Below are positions 32,108 through 33,133 of a stretch of DNA of 33,133 nucleotides, piece after piece. Both the position numbers and the translations under genes were made by a program. Each line of letters begins with the position of its first letter. Within the stretch, counting starts at the first letter, position 1. This DNA is from Octopus bimaculoides. Its lineage: Eukaryota. The stretch covers positions 5,284,126-5,317,258 of the forward strand of contig NC_068983.1 in NCBI RefSeq assembly GCF_001194135.2, read 5' to 3'. The notes under the pieces were generated by a model. It had not been told where the DNA came from. It saw nothing but the letters and a program-made list of their open reading frames with translations, and did no database searches.

Positions 32108-32985
32108 AAAATAATATACAACAGGCTTCTTTCAGTTTCCGTCTACCAAATCTTTTAAATTCGTTTATGGGAACGTTAAGGGTATGCAAATAAAGCTCCT
32201 TTTTCATTATGACGGTTACCGTTTAATGATAATGACTAGGGAGTCAGTGTTTTGGGGTTGTACCATGGTTATACCAATATGAATTCTGCAAGAAATAGTA
32301 GCTAAATCTTCCTCAAGTCACCCCTCCCCCATCTAAAGCATAGTCTTACTGAGATCAGATTGACAACAGCTGATCTCAGTCTACACAACAGCAAACACAG
32401 GAAGGAGGAGGAGGAAGAGGAGGAGGAGGGGGAGGATTGAAAGGAAGAACAACAAGAACAAGAGAGAGAAGAAAAGGAAGAAAAAAGAAAGAAAGAGAAG
32501 AGTAACAAAAGGAAGAAGAGAAGAAGGGTGAAAAAGAAAAGGAAGAAAAAAAGAGAAGGAACCAACTGAGACGACTGCGGTGCATGTGAAAGGTGTTGCT
32601 GTTTGTGTCACAGAATATCGGAGGAGGGAGGGAGGAAAAGGGTGGGGGAGCATGTGGAATGCATTTGACTAAAACAAGCCTCGTCGATCGATCTTATATC
32701 ATTACTCGTCTTTCAGCACTGATTGACTTTTATCTGTGTCGGTTCTACGTTTACCGATTGGATCAAATACAGGAGAGTTTTTCAAGTTAGACAGGAAGAA
32801 CTAGCTCAATCAGTTTCAATAACTACCATTGTGACATTGAAATATTATGCTGCCGCCATTTTTTTTCTTCCCCCCCCCACCATTCAGTCAATGACTGGTG
32901 CCTTAATTTGTGCTGCCATGAATAACAGAAAGCTATATATACACACATACATGTGCATGCACACACACATATACATATATACAGC

Positions 32986-33133
32986 TTGAACCCGGGTTCA
33001 GTCCCACTGCGTGGCATCTTGGGTGAGTGTCTTCTACTATAGCCTCAGGCCAACCAAAGCCTTGTGAGTGGATTTGGTAGACAGAAACTAAAAGAAGCCT
33101 GGCGTATATATGTATATATATATATATATATAT
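32986..33133 (+). mobile_element. SINE family A fragment, running off the window
   Basis: CCGGGTTCAGTCCCACTGCGTGGCA...GTGAGTGGATTTGGTAGACAGAAAC(TA)n. Confidence 0.9.

Overview
AT-rich eukaryotic DNA that reads as intronic or intergenic. It is almost entirely tRNA-headed SINEs, decayed DNA transposons, LINE fragments and microsatellites, with seven N-gaps, most next to simple repeats. The repeat landscape looks like an Octopus genome (inference from recalled repeat families, not from a search). I cannot identify any intact protein-coding gene; nearly all ORF-track entries are repeat or N-gap artefacts. The confident coding signals are transposon remnants: three mariner derivatives (1274-2167, 18857-19061, 25376-26298), a Tc1/mariner 3' end (11325-11550), a hAT dimerisation-domain remnant (12751-13105), an RTE-clade RT fragment split by a SINE (about 20560-21450) and a CR1/Jockey-like ORF2 fragment (about 27921-28900). 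The most unusual signals are structural: a 233-bp palindrome with a 1-nt centre and three 16-bp-phased mini-palindromes (9198-9430), a 362-bp foldback (2482-2843), a mariner with two 5' ends, a SINE with a 33-bp target-site duplication, a 21-nt locally templated insertion, and variable-number ~65-nt modules inside a SINE family. A phase-compatible minus-strand exon chain (6689-6635, 3318-3276, 296-229/211) is a weak host-gene candidate only. I found no evidence for a new multi-gene system. SINE coordinates are approximate (about 10-20 nt).
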